Positions 54,019 through 64,000 of a stretch of DNA of 64,000 nucleotides are shown piece after piece. The position numbers and the translations under genes were made by a program. Position 1 is the first letter of the stretch, and each line of letters starts with the position of its first letter. Under the pieces are notes generated by a model, which was not told where the DNA came from, made no database searches, and saw only the letters and a program-made list of their open reading frames with translations. Origin of the DNA: Thermoplasmata archaeon (GTDB lineage: Archaea; Thermoplasmatota; Thermoplasmata; Lutacidiplasmatales; UBA184); the NCBI GenBank assembly GCA_028864975.1, contig JAGWLG010000007.1:32001-96000 (forward strand), in the 5' to 3' direction.

Positions 54019-54408
54019 GTGCCCGACCGCCGGTACAAGGGGTACCGCATCTATGCCTACATCGCGCTCGCGCGCCTGTTCGCCGAGCTGGACCTCGAGC
54101 TCCAGCAGCCTGACGTCGTCGCCCGGGCGCATGACGCCTTGACGACGCTCACGACCCGGCTGAGCAAGGAGGAGATCCTGCATGCGATCCGGTCGAACTC
54201 GCACATGACCGAGAAGGTCCTGGAGTACCTCGTGGCGGAAGGGTTCGCCGAGGTCCGAAAGGACGAGAAGGGATACGACGTGAGGATCACTCCCGCGGGG
54301 GTCGAGCACCTCAAGCGGTACGATGCGTTCTACCGGGACTTGTATCGGCGGGAACTGCAGGACCACACGCGCTACGTACCGCGGCCGCACTATCTTGGCC
54401 CGGAGTAG
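54019..54408 (+). CDS. Winged-helix domain protein
   Basis: KEEILHAI..MTEKVLEYLVAEGFAEV..YDVRITPAGVEHL. Confidence 0.78.
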   Translation: MPDRRYKGYRIYAYIALARLFAELDLELQQPDVVARAHDALTTLTTRLSKEEILHAIRSNSHMTEKVLEYLVAEGFAEVRKDEKGYDVRITPAGVEHLKRYDAFYRDLYRRELQDHTRYVPRPHYLGPE

Positions 54409-54480
54409 AGGGGAACCGGCGGTCCTCGAAACCGTGAGCGCGGGGGAACGGACGGTCCGCAGAGCCGCGGGTCCCTCGAC

Positions 54481-55302
54481 CTACGGGACGCCCACGACGA
54501 CCGGCACGAACTCGTAGGTGCCGTCCGGGTTCTCGGTAACGATCTCCGTGGAGACACGGTAGCTGTGGAGTCCCTTCCTCAGCACGGAGGGATGCCCGGT
54601 CGCGTACTCGTAGACCTCGTGCGAGAGGGGCGTGCCCTTCGGCCGGAGCAGCACGCAACGCGCGACCCTTCCCGGAAGCCTCCCCGCGATGGCCCGTAGG
54701 TCCACCTCCATTTGCTGGAGGTCGGAGAGCTGAACGGTCTCGGGCCCCACCCGTGCCAGCAGGACGAAGCCCGGGTTACCTCCTCCGGTCAGCCCCCAGC
54801 GAAATCCCCCCGGTTTGGCGATCGCGAGGTCGAACTTGACGTCCCGGCCCTTCACGGGCCAGGACTTCTGATAGCGCAGCCGGTCGGGGTTCTCCCGGAG
54901 CGCTTCCCCCACCTTTTCATTGGAGGTCGAGAAGTGGTGCGCCAGCCGCTCGATCGGGGTCCTTCCCTCCGGGATCTTGACGATGGGCTCCGCGTCCCGC
55001 ACGAGGCGGATGGTCCGGTGCCGGGCCACGAAGCCCCGGAAGAAGCGATCGGTCTCACGGAGGAGGTAGAGCGCGAAGAGCCCTAGACCGAACCCGAGGA
55101 AGCCGATCAGGGCGAGCACGGCGTTCGTGCGGAGGCCGGTGACCAGCACGATGAGCGTCAGGAAGGTCCAGAATAGCGCGATGACCATGTTGGCCCAGTA
55201 CATCCGGCGGGCCGTGGGGGCCATCGCCGCCACCCGGTCGGAGAGGTCGAAGATCGCCGAGATCGGGTCCTCCACCCCGGGAGGAGCGGCGCTGCCGGCC
55301 AC
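54481..55302 (-). CDS. Two-TM membrane protein with C-terminal restriction-endonuclease-like (Mrr-type) domain, probably inactive
   Basis: TMs VIALFWTFLTLIVLV and VLALIGFLGFGLGLFALYLL; C-terminal KFDLAI..FVLLAR..VQLSDL..RCVLL. Confidence 0.6.
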   Translation of the reverse strand: MAGSAAPPGVEDPISAIFDLSDRVAAMAPTARRMYWANMVIALFWTFLTLIVLVTGLRTNAVLALIGFLGFGLGLFALYLLRETDRFFRGFVARHRTIRLVRDAEPIVKIPEGRTPIERLAHHFSTSNEKVGEALRENPDRLRYQKSWPVKGRDVKFDLAIAKPGGFRWGLTGGGNPGFVLLARVGPETVQLSDLQQMEVDLRAIAGRLPGRVARCVLLRPKGTPLSHEVYEYATGHPSVLRKGLHSYRVSTEIVTENPDGTYEFVPVVVGVP

Positions 55303-55412
55303 GGAAGGAACCCTCGGGTCCGCCTATTTGAAACCCCCCGAAAGATTCGACCGGCTACCAGGTGCGTAGGGTCCCATCCACCCCCCGGGGGTATCTGACC
55401 TCAGGTGGCCCC

Positions 55413-56945
55413 ATGCACCTCGAAGCATCCAGCCCGCCGAGACCCCGCCCTTCGACGACCCTCGCTCTCTCCGTTCGGCCTTGGCCCGGCCGCGGGCGGC
55501 GTTCGAGAGGAGTTCCTACGTTGGTCGCGGTCCCGTTCTTGCTCCTCGCATTGGCGCTCCCGGCGCTCGGCGCAGCCCCGCACGCGGGGTCGGGAGCCGC
55601 GGCCAGCCCGCTCGGCTCCGCGGTCCCGGCGGACCATGGCGGCTCAGGTTGCGGCGGCAGCGGCGGCGACCAGGTGCCGGCGGACGGCGGGGGCGGTAGC
55701 GGCCCCTGCGGGACCTGGGCGTGGGGCGCGGCAGCGAACCTGACCGCGAGCTTGGAGTTCGAAGGATCGTACAACGCCTCCCAGTTCCTCACCGGCGGCG
55801 GGCTCACGGCGCAGGGGGCCTACATCGACCTCCAGGCGTCGCTCTCCGCGCAGTGGGCGGCCTACGCGATCATCAACGCAACGAGCCCGGCCCCCGGTTC
55901 CACCTACGTGACCTTCCAGGCCGGACAGCTCGTCGACCTCGACCTCTCGGTCGTCGCCGACGGGACCTTCCCCCAGGCGGGGACCTACGGTCCCTCGAGC
56001 AACGTGACGCTGGTCCCGATGAACGTCTCGCTCGTGGCCCACCTGAAGCTCGTGGACCGCTACCAAGCGTTCCTCAACCTGACCACGGACGCGAACGGCT
56101 CGGTCGCTCTCACCGACGAGCACCTGCAGTTCTTCCGGACGGTCGACGTCTCGCTCAACGCGGTGAACTTCCCCAACATCACGACGGACCCGTCGGGGAA
56201 CGCCGTCGTCCAGTACGAGACGGGTTCGCTGCAGGCCCACGGCCAGGTCGCCGCGGACGTCCAGGGGACCTTCACGCCCGCCCTGCTCCTCGTCGACGCC
56301 CCGCTCTTCGTGGGAAAGTCCTGGACCTCCAGCACCTCCGCACAGTTCACGGGGCAGGAGCTCTGGAGCATCACCGCGAGCGGGGTGGCCCCGAACGGTC
56401 AGCCGTTCTCCTTCCAGCAGAACGGGCAGCAGAGCGCGAACGGGAACGGGGAGCTCGTGCTCACGTTCACCGTGGTGGGCGAGCGGACGATCTACTTCCC
56501 GGACGGAGGCTCCGAGACGGACTACGTCATCGGGATCCAGGGAGGCGGCGGCGGCCAGGGGGCGATCCTCTACAACGGGCTGATCGTGGTCCCGACCTCG
56601 GTCGCCTCGAGCACCGGAGGGGCCGGGAACTCGGTCTCGGCGCACCCCGCCGCGACGGCGCTCTCGTCCTCCACGGCGACCCCCAACCGACCGCTCTACT
56701 CGCCTCAGAAGAAGATGACCGACGCCTCCGATGCCACGCCCGTGAGCGGGCAGACGGTGACCGCGGCCCCGATGTCCCCCCAGAAGGCGCAGACCCTCCT
56801 GGACAGCCTTGGGGGCCTCTCTCCGCTCCACTTCGGGGCGGTCTCGGACACGGCCTTCACCCTGCTGCTGGCCGGCGGGGCCGTCGTGGTCGTCGGCATC
56901 GCCTTCCGCGAGGTACGGCGCCGCCGAAGGAACCGGTCCTGGTAG
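55413..56945 (+). CDS. Secreted beta-rich surface protein with C-terminal TM anchor
   Basis: Signal LVAVPFLLLALALPALG; many N-x-S/T sequons; C-terminal FTLLLAGGAVVVVGIAF-REVRRRRR. Confidence 0.82.
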   Translation: MHLEASSPPRPRPSTTLALSVRPWPGRGRRSRGVPTLVAVPFLLLALALPALGAAPHAGSGAAASPLGSAVPADHGGSGCGGSGGDQVPADGGGGSGPCGTWAWGAAANLTASLEFEGSYNASQFLTGGGLTAQGAYIDLQASLSAQWAAYAIINATSPAPGSTYVTFQAGQLVDLDLSVVADGTFPQAGTYGPSSNVTLVPMNVSLVAHLKLVDRYQAFLNLTTDANGSVALTDEHLQFFRTVDVSLNAVNFPNITTDPSGNAVVQYETGSLQAHGQVAADVQGTFTPALLLVDAPLFVGKSWTSSTSAQFTGQELWSITASGVAPNGQPFSFQQNGQQSANGNGELVLTFTVVGERTIYFPDGGSETDYVIGIQGGGGGQGAILYNGLIVVPTSVASSTGGAGNSVSAHPAATALSSSTATPNRPLYSPQKKMTDASDATPVSGQTVTAAPMSPQKAQTLLDSLGGLSPLHFGAVSDTAFTLLLAGGAVVVVGIAFREVRRRRRNRSW

Positions 56946-57094
56946 TCGGTCCAGGTCGGACCCCGGGCGCACGAAACCTCCCTCGCGCGCCCGGGGGGGT
57001 CGTAACCTCAAGGTGCAGCCCTTCCCTCGGGGTCAGCGGGCGCTCATCCCCCACCCCGCCTCCTCCGACAATGGTGGGGAGAAGGGAGCGGTCC

Positions 57095-57481
57095 ATGGTC
57101 GAAAAGTTCGTGGTGCCCGTGGGCCAGTTCGGCCCCGGCGGGAGGGCGCTCAAGACGGTGGAGCTCGATGGGGAGCGCATCGCCGAGGGTGATCAAACGA
57201 AGGAGCTCGCCTCTGGCGCGAGCTCGACCCTGATCGCGGTCCACTGGACCCTCTATCGCACAACGGGCGCGAGGTCGTTGGCCCTGCACACCCTTCTCCG
57301 TCCCAGGAAGGGGGGGATGCCGTTCGTGGCCACTCTCGAGCGTTTCGCCTCCCCGACCGAACTCAGCGCGCGGCATCCAAGTCTCGCGGTCGCCGGAGCG
57401 TACGCCGCTTCCCCCGCACCGACCCGTCCCCCGTGGAAGGACCTGCCCAGGCCGGGGCCTGAGAGCGCCCCACCGGAATAG
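57095..57481 (+). CDS. Hypothetical protein (128 aa)
   Basis: ATG after GGGAG; globular segment VHWTLYRTTGARSLALH. Confidence 0.6.
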   Translation: MVEKFVVPVGQFGPGGRALKTVELDGERIAEGDQTKELASGASSTLIAVHWTLYRTTGARSLALHTLLRPRKGGMPFVATLERFASPTELSARHPSLAVAGAYAASPAPTRPPWKDLPRPGPESAPPE

Positions 57482-57553
57482 GTCCCCCGTTTTCGAGGGG
57501 CGTCGGGAGTTCACCGCATTCTCTAATATCGCCGGCAGGTTGCCCGCGGTGCC

Positions 57554-58471
57554 ATGGTGGAACTGCCATCCTTCGTCACCGGCACCGACCGGCTGAAGCG
57601 GGGCTTCGCCCGGATGCAGCAGGGCGGGGTCATCATGGACGTGACCACCCCGGAGCAAGCCTCCATCGCCGAGGAGGCTGGGGCCGTCGCGGTGATGGCG
57701 CTGGAGCGCGTCCCCGCAGACATCCGGGCCTCCGGGGGAGTGGCCCGCATGGCCGACCCGATCAAGGTGCGCTCGATCATGGACCGGGTATCGGTCCCGG
57801 TCATGGCGAAATGTCGCATCGGGCATACCGCGGAGGCGCGGATCTTGGAGTCGCTCGGCGTCGACATGGTGGACGAATCCGAGGTCCTGACGCCGGCCGA
57901 CCCGTTCCATCACGTGGACAAGAGGTCCTTCACCGTGCCGTTCGTCTGCGGGGCCCGGAACCTGGGCGAGGCCCTCCGTCGCATCCACGAGGGGGCGGCC
58001 ATGGTCCGCACGAAGGGGGAAGCGGGGACCGGGAACGTCGTGGAGGCGGTCCGTCACATTCGTCAGATGAACGATGACGTGGCGTCCCTCCAGGGGATGT
58101 CCACCGACCAGATGCTCACCTTCGCCGAGCGGGAGCGGGTGCCCGTGGAGCTCGTCCGCGAGGTGCGGACGCTCAAGCGGCTTCCGGTGGTCAACTTCGC
58201 GGCGGGGGGCATCGCCACCCCGGCGGACGCCGCGCTCTGCCGGATGCTGGGGGTCGACGGCGTCTTCGTCGGGAGCGGGATCTTCAAGGCCCAGGACCCG
58301 GAGAAGACCGCACGGGCCATCGTCGAGGCCTCGCTGCACTTCGACGACGCCGAGCTCCTGGCGCGTGTGAGCGGAGGGCTCGGGGAGCCGATGAAGGGCG
58401 TCGACATCGCCTCTCTCGCCCCTTCCGACCTCCTGCAGGCCCGCGAGAGCGTATTACGCCCCTCGCCGTAG
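57554..58471 (+). CDS. pdxS: Pyridoxal 5'-phosphate synthase lyase subunit
   Basis: [53 protein letters not shown]. Confidence 0.97.
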   Translation: MVELPSFVTGTDRLKRGFARMQQGGVIMDVTTPEQASIAEEAGAVAVMALERVPADIRASGGVARMADPIKVRSIMDRVSVPVMAKCRIGHTAEARILESLGVDMVDESEVLTPADPFHHVDKRSFTVPFVCGARNLGEALRRIHEGAAMVRTKGEAGTGNVVEAVRHIRQMNDDVASLQGMSTDQMLTFAERERVPVELVREVRTLKRLPVVNFAAGGIATPADAALCRMLGVDGVFVGSGIFKAQDPEKTARAIVEASLHFDDAELLARVSGGLGEPMKGVDIASLAPSDLLQARESVLRPSP

Positions 58472-58526
58472 GGGTCTCCCCAGGACGCGGCCCCGAAGGG
58501 CGGCCGCGAGGGGGAATCGCCCGGCT

Positions 58527-59663
58527 GTGAGGATCCTTCAGGTCTGCCCCTTCTACGCCCCGCACGTCGGGGGGGTCGAGACCCACGTGGAGATGGTCTC
58601 GGAGGAGCTCGCCCGGCGCGGGCACGAGGTCACCGTCCTGACCAGCCGCCACGCTCCGGAGCTTCCAGAGGTCGAACGCACCCCCCGAGGGGTCACGGTC
58701 CGGAGGGTCCGTTCCCGGGGGACCGTGTTCCGCACGCCGCTCGCGCTAGGGACGGGCAGGGCCCTTCGGGACCTGCTCCCTCGCCCCGAGGTCGTCCACA
58801 TGCACTATCCTCCGCCGGTCACCTCTTACCTCGCCGCCCGCGCGCTCAAGGCGGGCGGTCCCCCCGTGTGTCTCACCTATCACTGCGACCTCTTCATGGA
58901 CGCCCCGTTCGGCGTGGCGCTCACCGCGGCCTACGAGAGGATCTTCCTTCCTACGACCCTCGACGTGGCGCGGAAGATCATCGTCCACTCCCAGAGCTAC
59001 GCCCGGACCTCCCGTGCGCTGCAGGGGCGGGACATCGCGGTCATCCCGTCCCTGGTGGACACCGACCGCTTCCAGCCTCGACAGGACGACCCGGAGCTGC
59101 GCAAGCGCCTGGGGGCCGAAGGGAAGAAGGTCGTGCTGTTCGTCGGGCGATTGGTCCCTCACAAGGGGGTCGAGGACCTGATCCTGGCCCTCTCGGAGCT
59201 CCCCCAGGACGCCCTCCTCGTCGTAGCGGGGGACGGCCCCCGGCGGGAGGCGCTCGAGGAGATGGCCAACTCGAACCAGGTGGGCGCACGCGTAAGGTTC
59301 GTGGGGGCCGTGAGCGACGCGGACCTTCCACGGTACCACGCCGTGGCCTCGGTCGTGGTCCTTCCTTCCCAGAACCGCCTGGAAGGCTTCGGTCTCGCGA
59401 TCGTCGAGGCCATGGCCTCCGGTCGCCCGGCGATCGTCGCCGACCTCCCGGGGGTGCGTGAGGTCATCCAGGACGGCGTCGACGGCCTCCTCGTCGAACC
59501 CCTCCTCGCCGAGGACCTGGCGAAGAAGTGCGCCTCCTTGCTCTCCGACCCCTCGCGTCGGGCGACCATGGGAGCCAAGGCCCGGGAGAGCGCGCTATCG
59601 AAGTATCGGGCTCAGGTGGTTGTGGAACAGCTCGAGCGACTCTACCGTTCGATCTCGACGTGA
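58527..59663 (+). CDS. Glycosyltransferase family 4
   Basis: RILQVCPFY.PHVGGVE, FVGRLVPHKG, EGFGLAIVEAMASG. Confidence 0.93.
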   Translation: MRILQVCPFYAPHVGGVETHVEMVSEELARRGHEVTVLTSRHAPELPEVERTPRGVTVRRVRSRGTVFRTPLALGTGRALRDLLPRPEVVHMHYPPPVTSYLAARALKAGGPPVCLTYHCDLFMDAPFGVALTAAYERIFLPTTLDVARKIIVHSQSYARTSRALQGRDIAVIPSLVDTDRFQPRQDDPELRKRLGAEGKKVVLFVGRLVPHKGVEDLILALSELPQDALLVVAGDGPRREALEEMANSNQVGARVRFVGAVSDADLPRYHAVASVVVLPSQNRLEGFGLAIVEAMASGRPAIVADLPGVREVIQDGVDGLLVEPLLAEDLAKKCASLLSDPSRRATMGAKARESALSKYRAQVVVEQLERLYRSIST

Positions 59664-59693
59664 GTCGAGGAAGGTCCCTGCCCGGACCTGGGC

Positions 59694-60521
59694 TCAAGGG
59701 GCGCGCACGGCCATGGCGCGCGATAGACGGGTGGCCTCGGCCCTTGCGGCCTCTTTCCAGTCGTCCCCCGAAGAGGCGAACAGGATCCCCCGAGAGCTGT
59801 TGATGAGCATCGCCCCGGCACCGCTGCCTCGTCCGTTCGCCAAGGAAGCTTCCAGGTCGCCCCCCTGACTGCCAACCCCCGGCACGAGGAGTGGCACATC
59901 CTCCCCCAAGACCTTCCTCGCTGTGGCCAGGGCCTCAGGGAAGGTCGCCCCGACCACCGCGCCCAAGTTCCCTCGACCCGCGCGCTCTCGGATCCCTTGG
60001 AGCAGCTCCTCCCAGATCGGTCGGCCGTCGACGGAGCGCTCCTGGAGGTCGCGAGCTCCGGGGTTCGACGTATGGGCGAGCACGAAGACCCCGCGGGCCG
60101 GGTCCTGAGCGACCGCCTCCACGCTCTCCCACCCCAGGAAAGGCGAGACGGTCATGGCATCGAACCCGAGCCGCTCGAAGACCGCCTTGGCGTAGAGGCC
60201 CATGGTGTTGGGGATGTCCCCCGCCTTGAGGTCCAAGATGCGGAGCCGTCCTTCGCCGATCCGGCGCACGACGGCGGGAATGGCTCCGATGCCCTCGGGA
60301 CCGAAGGCGAGGAAGGAGGCCAGCTGAAGCTTGTAGGCCGTGCAGGAGGGCCGGGTCGCTTCCACGATCCCCTCAACGAAGGTGGCCAAGGCGTCCGCGG
60401 TCCGTCGGCCGTGCAGCGGGTGCGGGAGCTTCGTGGGGTCCGGGTCGAGCCCCACGCAGAGATGGGTACCCTGCTTGCGGAGCAGGACATCTAACCGCTG
60501 CGAGAAGGTTTCCTTCGGCAT
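59694..60521 (-). CDS. pyrF: Orotidine 5'-phosphate decarboxylase
   Basis: LCVGLDPD, ILDLKAGDIPNT, TVSPFLG, LLVPGVGSQGGD, INSSRGI. Confidence 0.95.
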   Translation of the reverse strand: MPKETFSQRLDVLLRKQGTHLCVGLDPDPTKLPHPLHGRRTADALATFVEGIVEATRPSCTAYKLQLASFLAFGPEGIGAIPAVVRRIGEGRLRILDLKAGDIPNTMGLYAKAVFERLGFDAMTVSPFLGWESVEAVAQDPARGVFVLAHTSNPGARDLQERSVDGRPIWEELLQGIRERAGRGNLGAVVGATFPEALATARKVLGEDVPLLVPGVGSQGGDLEASLANGRGSGAGAMLINSSRGILFASSGDDWKEAARAEATRLSRAMAVRAP

Positions 60522-60662
60522 TCGCTTCCGGCCGCCGGAGGACCGGGTCCACTTAGAGCCTCGCGCGTCGCGGACCCCAGGTCATCTAGCAGTCACCTCG
60601 TCGATGTCCTTCGGCTTTTTCTTCGCATTATCGCCTCGACGCCGTTCGGAGGCGACAGCGAC

Positions 60663-62009
60663 ATGGAGAACGAGATCGCGGCGTGTGTCGAGGAATTGGC
60701 CGGAGTGCGGGGACTGGGCGTCCCGAAGGAGACCGTCCAGAGGGAGCTCGAGGCGCTGGTGAAGCTGGACCATGTCCCACCGGTGGTGGCGAAGGAGGAG
60801 CTGCTGCGTCGGTACCGAGAGGCTCCCGCTCGTTCGGCGGGGCCCGCAAGATCCGAACCGGTCGACCTCCGGCTTCGGGAAGTTCGGGAGGGAGCGACCA
60901 GCGTGCGGATCGTGGCGAGGGTCCTGACCTCCGAGCGCCGAGAGGTCGCCCGGAAGAGCGGCGGTGGAAAGGCCGTGGTCCTCTCCGGATTGCTGTCCGA
61001 TGGAACGGCCACGCTCCGCTTCAGCTGGTGGGACCCCCCGGCGGTCGAGCTCGAGCGTGGGTCGGTCCTCCGCGTCGCGAACCCCCGGGTGCGGAACTGG
61101 AAGGGCCGTCTCGACCTCTCCTTCGGGTGGAGCTCGCAGGTGGAGGTCGCGAGCGACGCGGAGCTTCTCCCCCTGCGCGACGAAGAGCTGCTTGACCGGA
61201 GCGTTCGGGACCTTCGCCCGGGGGACGAGGGGGTCCGCCTGAGGACCACGGTCCTCTTTGTCGAGGATCGGACGGTCAAAGTGGGGGAACGCGAGCGGGC
61301 GGTCCGCTCGGGAGTGATGTCCGACGCGACTGGGATGATCCCCTTCACCGCTTGGACCGACCTTCCCCTCGAACAGGACACCCACGTCGAGGTCAGGGGC
61401 GCCCATCTGCGGACCTTCCGGGGGACTGCCGAACTGGTCTTGGACGAGCGGACTCGGGTCGAGAGGTCGGCGGAGGAGGGCCGTGCCCTCCACGGCACCG
61501 AGATGGCTGCGCTGCCGGTCGAGATCGCGTCGCTCGAGGCCGGGGGGGCTCCCGGGCCAACGCTCGTCGACGGGATCGTGGTTGAGGTACGCTCCCCGAG
61601 CGGGCTCGTCCAGCGATGCCCACAGTGCTCCCGCAGCCTCGCGAAGGGTCTCTGCCGTACACACGGGGCGCAGAAGGGGGAAGTGGACCTCCGCGCCCGA
61701 CTGGTCGTGGACGACGGAACGGGGGTCCTCACCGCTCAAATGTCCCGAGGACCGGTCGAGGGGTTGCTGGGTCTCGACCTCGCTGGAGCCGTCGAGCTCG
61801 CCCGGGAGAAGTTGGACGCCTCGGCCGTGGAGGAGAGGCTGAAAGAGCGGGTCCTCGGTCGCAGGCTCCGGCTTCTGGGAAGGCCTGTCCCTGGGACATG
61901 GGGGCTGACGTTGTTCGTCGACCGTTCGCTCCCGATGGGACGGCCCTCGCCGCCCATGCCTCCCCGAGCGTCGCCGACGATCGCCCCGCTCCCCTCGGAG
62001 GGTCCATGA
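60663..62009 (+). CDS. rpa: Replication protein A, multi-OB-fold subunit with Zn finger
   Basis: Repeated OB folds (GLLSDGTATLRFSWW; GVMSDATGMIPFTAW; LVVDDGTG) and CPQC..CRTHG. Confidence 0.9.
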   Translation: MENEIAACVEELAGVRGLGVPKETVQRELEALVKLDHVPPVVAKEELLRRYREAPARSAGPARSEPVDLRLREVREGATSVRIVARVLTSERREVARKSGGGKAVVLSGLLSDGTATLRFSWWDPPAVELERGSVLRVANPRVRNWKGRLDLSFGWSSQVEVASDAELLPLRDEELLDRSVRDLRPGDEGVRLRTTVLFVEDRTVKVGERERAVRSGVMSDATGMIPFTAWTDLPLEQDTHVEVRGAHLRTFRGTAELVLDERTRVERSAEEGRALHGTEMAALPVEIASLEAGGAPGPTLVDGIVVEVRSPSGLVQRCPQCSRSLAKGLCRTHGAQKGEVDLRARLVVDDGTGVLTAQMSRGPVEGLLGLDLAGAVELAREKLDASAVEERLKERVLGRRLRLLGRPVPGTWGLTLFVDRSLPMGRPSPPMPPRASPTIAPLPSEGP

Positions 62010-62740
62010 CGACCGGGGCCTCAGGCAGCCAGGAGGCCGAGCCTGCCGCGTCGACCGCTCGTGCGGTCCCTCCGCGGGAGGTCGCTTGGCGGCTCTTTGC
62101 CCACGAGCTCACTTCCTCCTCGGTCCAGGAGAAGGGAGAAGGAGAGAAGGCGGCCACGCACGTTCTCTCTCCCCTCGGTGCTCGTGTGGGGCGGGTGCTC
62201 ATGGTGGGCACCTTCACGCAGATCGAGCCGTTGGGCGAGGGGACCGTGCCCATGTGGAGGTCGCGTCTCACCGACCCCACGGGAGGAGTCTCCGTGACGG
62301 CAGGTCCCTATCAGCCCCGTGCCGCCGCCTTCCTGAGCCAGGCTCGTGCCCCCTGCCGCGCGCTCCTCGTGGGGAAGCCCCATCTCTTCCTCGGGCGCGA
62401 GGGCGTCCCCTTGGTCTCTATCCGGGCGGAGCTCTTGGTCTCGACCAGTGCGCAGGAGGAATCCGACTGGGTCCGAGAGACCGCCGGGCACACCCTGCGC
62501 CGCATCGAGCTCTGTCAAGAGGTTCTTGGAGCCGACGGTGCGGAGGTGGGCCCGTCTCTCAAGGGATGTCCCGCCCGCTGGGCAGGGGACGCCCGGAGCG
62601 TTCTGCGCCACTACCCGGGAGCGGACCCCGGACGCTTCGTGACTACCGCTCGCTCCGCGCTTGCGAAGGTCACGGCGACAGCGGACGCCCCCGCCGGCCT
62701 CACAGGGAACGGAGAGGTGCCGCTTCCGTCGGAGAGCTGA
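62006..62740 (+). CDS. RPA-associated OB-fold protein (euryarchaeal)
   Basis: REVAWRLFAHEL..VLSPLGARVGRVLMVG..LTDPTG..AGPYQP; overlaps the rpa stop. Confidence 0.88.
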   Translation: MTTGASGSQEAEPAASTARAVPPREVAWRLFAHELTSSSVQEKGEGEKAATHVLSPLGARVGRVLMVGTFTQIEPLGEGTVPMWRSRLTDPTGGVSVTAGPYQPRAAAFLSQARAPCRALLVGKPHLFLGREGVPLVSIRAELLVSTSAQEESDWVRETAGHTLRRIELCQEVLGADGAEVGPSLKGCPARWAGDARSVLRHYPGADPGRFVTTARSALAKVTATADAPAGLTGNGEVPLPSES

Positions 62741-62883
62741 GCGACGCGGCGAGCCCTCCCGGCAGGAGGGAGAGGTCCTCCAATCTGACGGGAGGGCGCG
62801 GGTCCTGCGGCCCGCGGGGGACCCGCTCCTCTGCGACCGGGCTGACGCCAGGTTCTTCTTCGCCGAGGTCCCTCCCTCCAGCG

Positions 62884-64000
62884 ATGGCCGCTCGAGTGCG
62901 CCCCCCGGCGGTCGCCCGCTCCCCCTGCATGGGTCGAGAGCGGGAGTCCGCCGAACTTCTCTCCGCTGCCAGCTCGGCGGCGGAGGGGCACGGCGGCACC
63001 TGGTTGTTGTCCGGTCCTCCGGGGATCGGAAAGACCCACCTCATGAAGTGGCTCGCCCAGACGCTTCGCGCCTCGGACTTCACGGTCCTGGAAGGGTCGT
63101 TCTCCGACAGGAACGGGACCCCCCTCGCGAAGATCGAAGAGGTCTTCGCCAAGCTGGAACCCTCTCCCGCTCGCTCGGCCCCTCCTTCCACAGGTGCTCC
63201 CTTGTCGCGCGTCCCCCCGGCGTTGGCCTTGCTTCGTCACGTCCAGGCTCTGCTGAAGGCGAGCCAGGCCCGGCCGGTCGCGCTGCTCTTCGACGATGCG
63301 CAGCGGGCCGACCCGGAGTCGATCGGGGCCTTCCACCTGCTGTCGAGGGCGATGGGGGGGATCCGGGGTCTCCTCGTGGTCGCGTTGGGCGAGCAAACGG
63401 GAGCGTCGGAGCCCGAGGGTGACCCCTTTTGGAAGCGGACCCTCGCGTTGCTCTCCGAGGAAGGCAGCCTTCATCGTGTCGCTCTCGCCGGTCTCGACGG
63501 CTCGGCCGCTTCCCGGGTCATCGAATCGGTCTCGAAGGCTTCGCTCGAAGGGGCCGAAGGCTGGGAGATCCTCCAAGGGCTGCTCGGCCGCAGCGGCGGG
63601 AACCCGCTCTTCTTACGGGAGCTCGTGGAACTGCTCCTCCGTCAGCATCAGTTGGTCGTCGAGGGCGGACGGTTGCACCTCCAGGGAGCGGGACTCGACG
63701 AGGGGAGCCCGAAGGTCGGAGGAGGGTGGGGTCGATTCCCGCTTCCTCCCTCGCTACGCCGTCTCGTGCTGAGCCGCCTCGACCACGTCCTTCCCGCGGA
63801 CCTGCAGCTGCTGGAAGCCGCCGCGCTCCTGGGGAGCCCCTTCGAGCTCGAACCCCTGGTCGGGGTGCTCGACCGGTCCCACCGCGACCTTGCCGCGACC
63901 TGTCAAGACCTCGTGCGGCTGAGCCTGCTGCAGCCGCAAGGGCCCGAGGACGAGGAGGAGTCCTGGAGCTTCGCGCACGACCTGGTCTGGGAGGTCGTGC
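62884..64000 (+). CDS. STAND-class AAA ATPase (3' end beyond the window)
   Basis: Not in the ORF track because no stop is reached: MGRERE, Walker A GPPGIGKT, Walker B LLFDDAQRAD, SGGNPLFLRELV, WSFAHDLVWE. Confidence 0.85.
   Translation, partial: MAARVRPPAVARSPCMGRERESAELLSAASSAAEGHGGTWLLSGPPGIGKTHLMKWLAQTLRASDFTVLEGSFSDRNGTPLAKIEEVFAKLEPSPARSAPPSTGAPLSRVPPALALLRHVQALLKASQARPVALLFDDAQRADPESIGAFHLLSRAMGGIRGLLVVALGEQTGASEPEGDPFWKRTLALLSEEGSLHRVALAGLDGSAASRVIESVSKASLEGAEGWEILQGLLGRSGGNPLFLRELVELLLRQHQLVVEGGRLHLQGAGLDEGSPKVGGGWGRFPLPPSLRRLVLSRLDHVLPADLQLLEAAALLGSPFELEPLVGVLDRSHRDLAATCQDLVRLSLLQPQGPEDEEESWSFAHDLVWEVV

Overview
64 kb of GC-rich archaeal chromosome. The gene set (archaeal L1/L10(P0)/L12(P1), L44e, S27e, aIF2-alpha, Nop10, Trm56, aIF5A, DtdA, GGGP and DGGGP synthases, euryarchaeal RPA plus RPA-associated protein) and many Kelch/PKD surface proteins point to Thermoplasmatota. 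A high-GC soil/peat-type lineage rather than Thermoplasma itself is my inference (Trm56 has no long C-terminal extension and a classical mevalonate kinase is present). Housekeeping clusters alternate with accessory stretches of small zinc-ribbon, membrane and secreted proteins. There is one tRNA-Glu(CTC). I found no integrase, transposase or CRISPR array. Most notable observations: (1) a four-TM protein with claudin/amastin/SUR7-like signatures; (2) a ~1,490-aa cytoplasmic rod of ~62-aa helical repeats that appears to start at ACG, plus a second apparent non-canonical (CTG) start in pduO; (3) a two-gene TPR/Zn-finger unit transcribed divergently from an effector-less STAND-type ATPase; (4) DUF2070 encoded directly after the ether-lipid synthases; (5) a surface protein with five copies of an unrecognised ~158-aa two-Cys domain; (6) a periodic, self-complementary 130-bp intergenic element; (7) a recurrent cytoplasmic zinc-ribbon module on unrelated membrane proteins. 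All family assignments come from motif recognition by eye; no database searches were run.
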